Positions 61,232-64,000 of a DNA stretch of 64,000 bases are shown piece by piece. Every line of letters starts with the position of its first letter. The first letter of the stretch is position 1. Source of the DNA: Antedon mediterranea (lineage: Eukaryota > Animalia > Echinodermata); contig NC_092671.1 in the NCBI RefSeq assembly GCF_964355755.1, forward strand, positions 39,814,304 through 39,878,303. The letters run 5' to 3'. Under the pieces are notes generated by a model. That model was not told the DNA's origin and searched no databases. It saw only the letters and a list, made by a program, of their open reading frames with translations. The position numbers were made by a program, and so were the translations under genes.

Positions 61232-64000
61232 TTAATTTTTGTTTTCTACAAATCTAACTGTTCATAAAATAATATAAGTGTATTTGCTAATGTCTTCTCC
61301 TTCTTCCGGTTGAGTCAACCTCTTTTGTACACACATTACAATAATACTAATGATTCTTCAATTACGATTCTTCAGGTGTGCCATTGTTTAGTCATCATAA
61401 AAACCGCAAAATCTTAAAGACTCGTTTGTACGACGAACCACCAACATCTTTACTCCAGCCACACCCAATGACCGTCGCCATGATTGGTGGTAGTACCACT
61501 TTAATTATTTTATCAGCCATTTCTGAGTCATGTATTGTTCAGCTATATCATAAAACAAACGACGACGACTAATGCAGATTTTTTATTGTAAACACAGTGA
61601 AGAAACAAAACTGATTTCCGAAATAGGTTGAACAGTTTGTTTACAAAAAGGGCTTTCACAATTCAAGCAAGAGGTTCCAATGTATTTTTAGTCAATGATG
61701 TAATTGTTAATGTTTTCATTTTGTATTGTTTATATCATATGGTTACATATTGTAAAAGATCTTGTTGAGTAAATATGACATAATCAGTTTCTAAAGTTCA
61801 CATACCCATAATACACCAACTATAAAACAAATATTTTGATTCAATTGCAGAGATAATGATGTAAGATAATGACGTAAGACAGAAAACAAGCAAAGGCAAA
61901 AAGTCAAATTCATAAAAATAATGATTTATCTTTTTGAAAATAAAATTGAACTTAATTGAAAAATTAAGTCGAATGAATACAAAATTATTTATGATTTTTA
62001 GGGAAGTTTACTTAGATGACTACATTGGAAAAAAAGCTGCACATTTGGCATCCCACTAGCAAATCCCAAGGAGCATCCTTTTGGCACCCAGCTCGGTTTT
62101 CCTAATAATTTCTGGCAATGATATGAGGTCCTGAGTGATCTAGGATGAAGACTGTTATTGTTTACATGTTTTAACAAAAAAAAGAAGAAAACAACAAGTA
62201 TGAGTCAGTGGCCCAGGATTTGGTATTGGTCCAACAAAACAGGTTAAATCAACTCATAGGGGATAAGAATGTAAATTGACATTAACAGGATTAGTATGGC
62301 TTCTCTTTGGTTAGCCTATTTTCTGCTTAGAGTCTAGATAATTTTAATAATCAACAAACACTAATAAAGCGCTCTGATCTTTATGAAATAGCACTATATA
62401 AATGTCGCATTATTATTATGGTTAAATCAACTCATACAGGATAACAATGTGAATCAACATCAAGACATCACGACTAGAGAACGATGACTACTAACAAACC
62501 TTTTCTAAATTTTCTTCTTTTAATTTGTTTTCTATTAAAAAAGGTGATTCTACCGGGATTTGAACCATGCAGTAAATCTTTAACTTCTGTTTATTTTTAA
62601 CTTGAAATAAGTATGACAAATATCTCTATTTTTAGCAGCAGATATTAAAATGTTCGAGAGATGTCAGTATTATTAATAATGCTGATAACCTTTTTATGCT
62701 TCGTTACATATTAAAACTAATTCACCTTATAGAAACATGCATTTCTAAATTGAATATTAAAATCTATTAAAAAACTAATTACTTATTATTGATGTAGGAT
62801 GTTTACTTGAAAACACTTCAAAGTTCAACTTTAATATGCCAAAGATCTAGAATATTAATTCAATATATTATGAATCATTATCATACAAAAACTACTGTTT
62901 TGTTCGCTGCATTCTATTTCGGAAATAAATAATCAAAATGCATTATAGGCAGTAGTGTCATGCTTATTTACCAATTTGCAATTGATCTATTTTTACCTAA
63001 AAAGGGTAGACCTAGTTGTGTAATGTACCGCTTGTTAACTCTATTGTTGAGGAGCTTCAGACCCTGAACTTGTAATGGGAAATGAAGTTATTTACCTTAC
63101 ATGATTACAATGCAATCAATAGAATCACACATTACTTCACTACCGTAAATGGGTATATTCAATATTTGTTATAGCTGGTTATAGTACTGTACATGGGTTC
63201 TTTTATTTGTGAACTACTGGAACAACTTTAGATCGATGGTACTCATTCTCTTCAATAAGAACAAAACAGGCTTACTTTACTGGAAAAAAAAATGGAAACG
63301 ACTGTGTGAGCTGGATAAATATATATTCATTGATATTCTGTTTAAAACCAGCAACCAATTTTGTTTTTATACCTGTTTGTGAAAACACAATAAATATAAC
63401 TTGAACATGAGGAACAAAAACTTTGTTTTAAACTAGCTCTGTCCACCCATCCTCTCGCTCAGCCACAAAGGATTTCCATAAATTTAAATAAAGAATCAGT
63501 TAATAGAAAAATTAAGCAAAAAGAATAAAAGGAATCAATAGTAATGTATAACAACAAAGAAACGTCTGAATCATCATCAACGATTACCCATCTGTCCCAA
63601 AAATTTAACAACAAACAAAGATTGTGGTCATAGCCTGCGTCCCTAGTACAATAAACCAATCAACGAAAAAAAAATCATGTTATTTTCATTTTTTCATTAT
63701 TTTTTGTATTTTTTTGGAGACAATCAAGGCCAAGTATAAACTTAGAACAAACGTTTAGAACAATGGTAGTAAATATACAGCTTGCATTTTGCTTCAAGAA
63801 TCTGTGACTCATGTATCTTTACTCATAGCAGCACAAAGGAGCACTCCCCACAACAAAGGGGATATCTCTTTCAATTTGGAAAGTGAAAATAAATATGGAT
63901 CAACATGTGATAATATTAACACATATTTAATAATCTATTGCTTTAATATAATTCACCAATATTTAGTAAACTACTGTAGTAAAACTAAATTATAGTTTTT

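Noticed and set aside
50181-64000. N-terminal DUSP exon with the kinase-interaction motif
   Set aside because: No minus-strand segment encoding a DSR...KRRL-type sequence was seen by eye; it probably lies beyond the window end.

Overview
AT-rich, intron-rich animal genomic DNA. The gene set and repeat landscape suggest a deuterostome invertebrate, probably an echinoderm (inference). Four spliced genes can be rebuilt by hand with GT-AG introns and consistent phases. (1) + strand RERG/RASL11/RASL12-type Ras-like GTPase, 4 coding exons, 3318-11322, 213 aa. (2) - strand SVIP, 4 exons, 20890-15997, 82 aa. (3) - strand TMEM19 (DUF92), 6 exons, 31006-25873, 330 aa. (4) - strand DUSP8/16-type MAP kinase phosphatase, 4 exons visible, 50180-34321; its first coding exon was not found in the window. 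Introns and intergenic DNA hold many non-autonomous DNA transposons (about 14 copies of one PIF/Harbinger-type MITE, other Harbinger-type MITEs, Kolobok-type elements, a 2.0 kb element with a 9-bp TSD), a tRNA-derived SINE, and many minisatellites. Most notable observations: a minimal type I hammerhead ribozyme motif in sense orientation in TMEM19 intron 5; a satellite > SINE > CAC...GTG transposon nest with asymmetric, RSS-reminiscent ends in the last SVIP intron; a minisatellite built from a MITE terminus; an excess of AP-1 sites in the DUSP introns; and unusual switch residues in the Ras-like protein. There is no CRISPR array, prokaryotic system or autonomous transposase. All coordinates and counts were read by eye.
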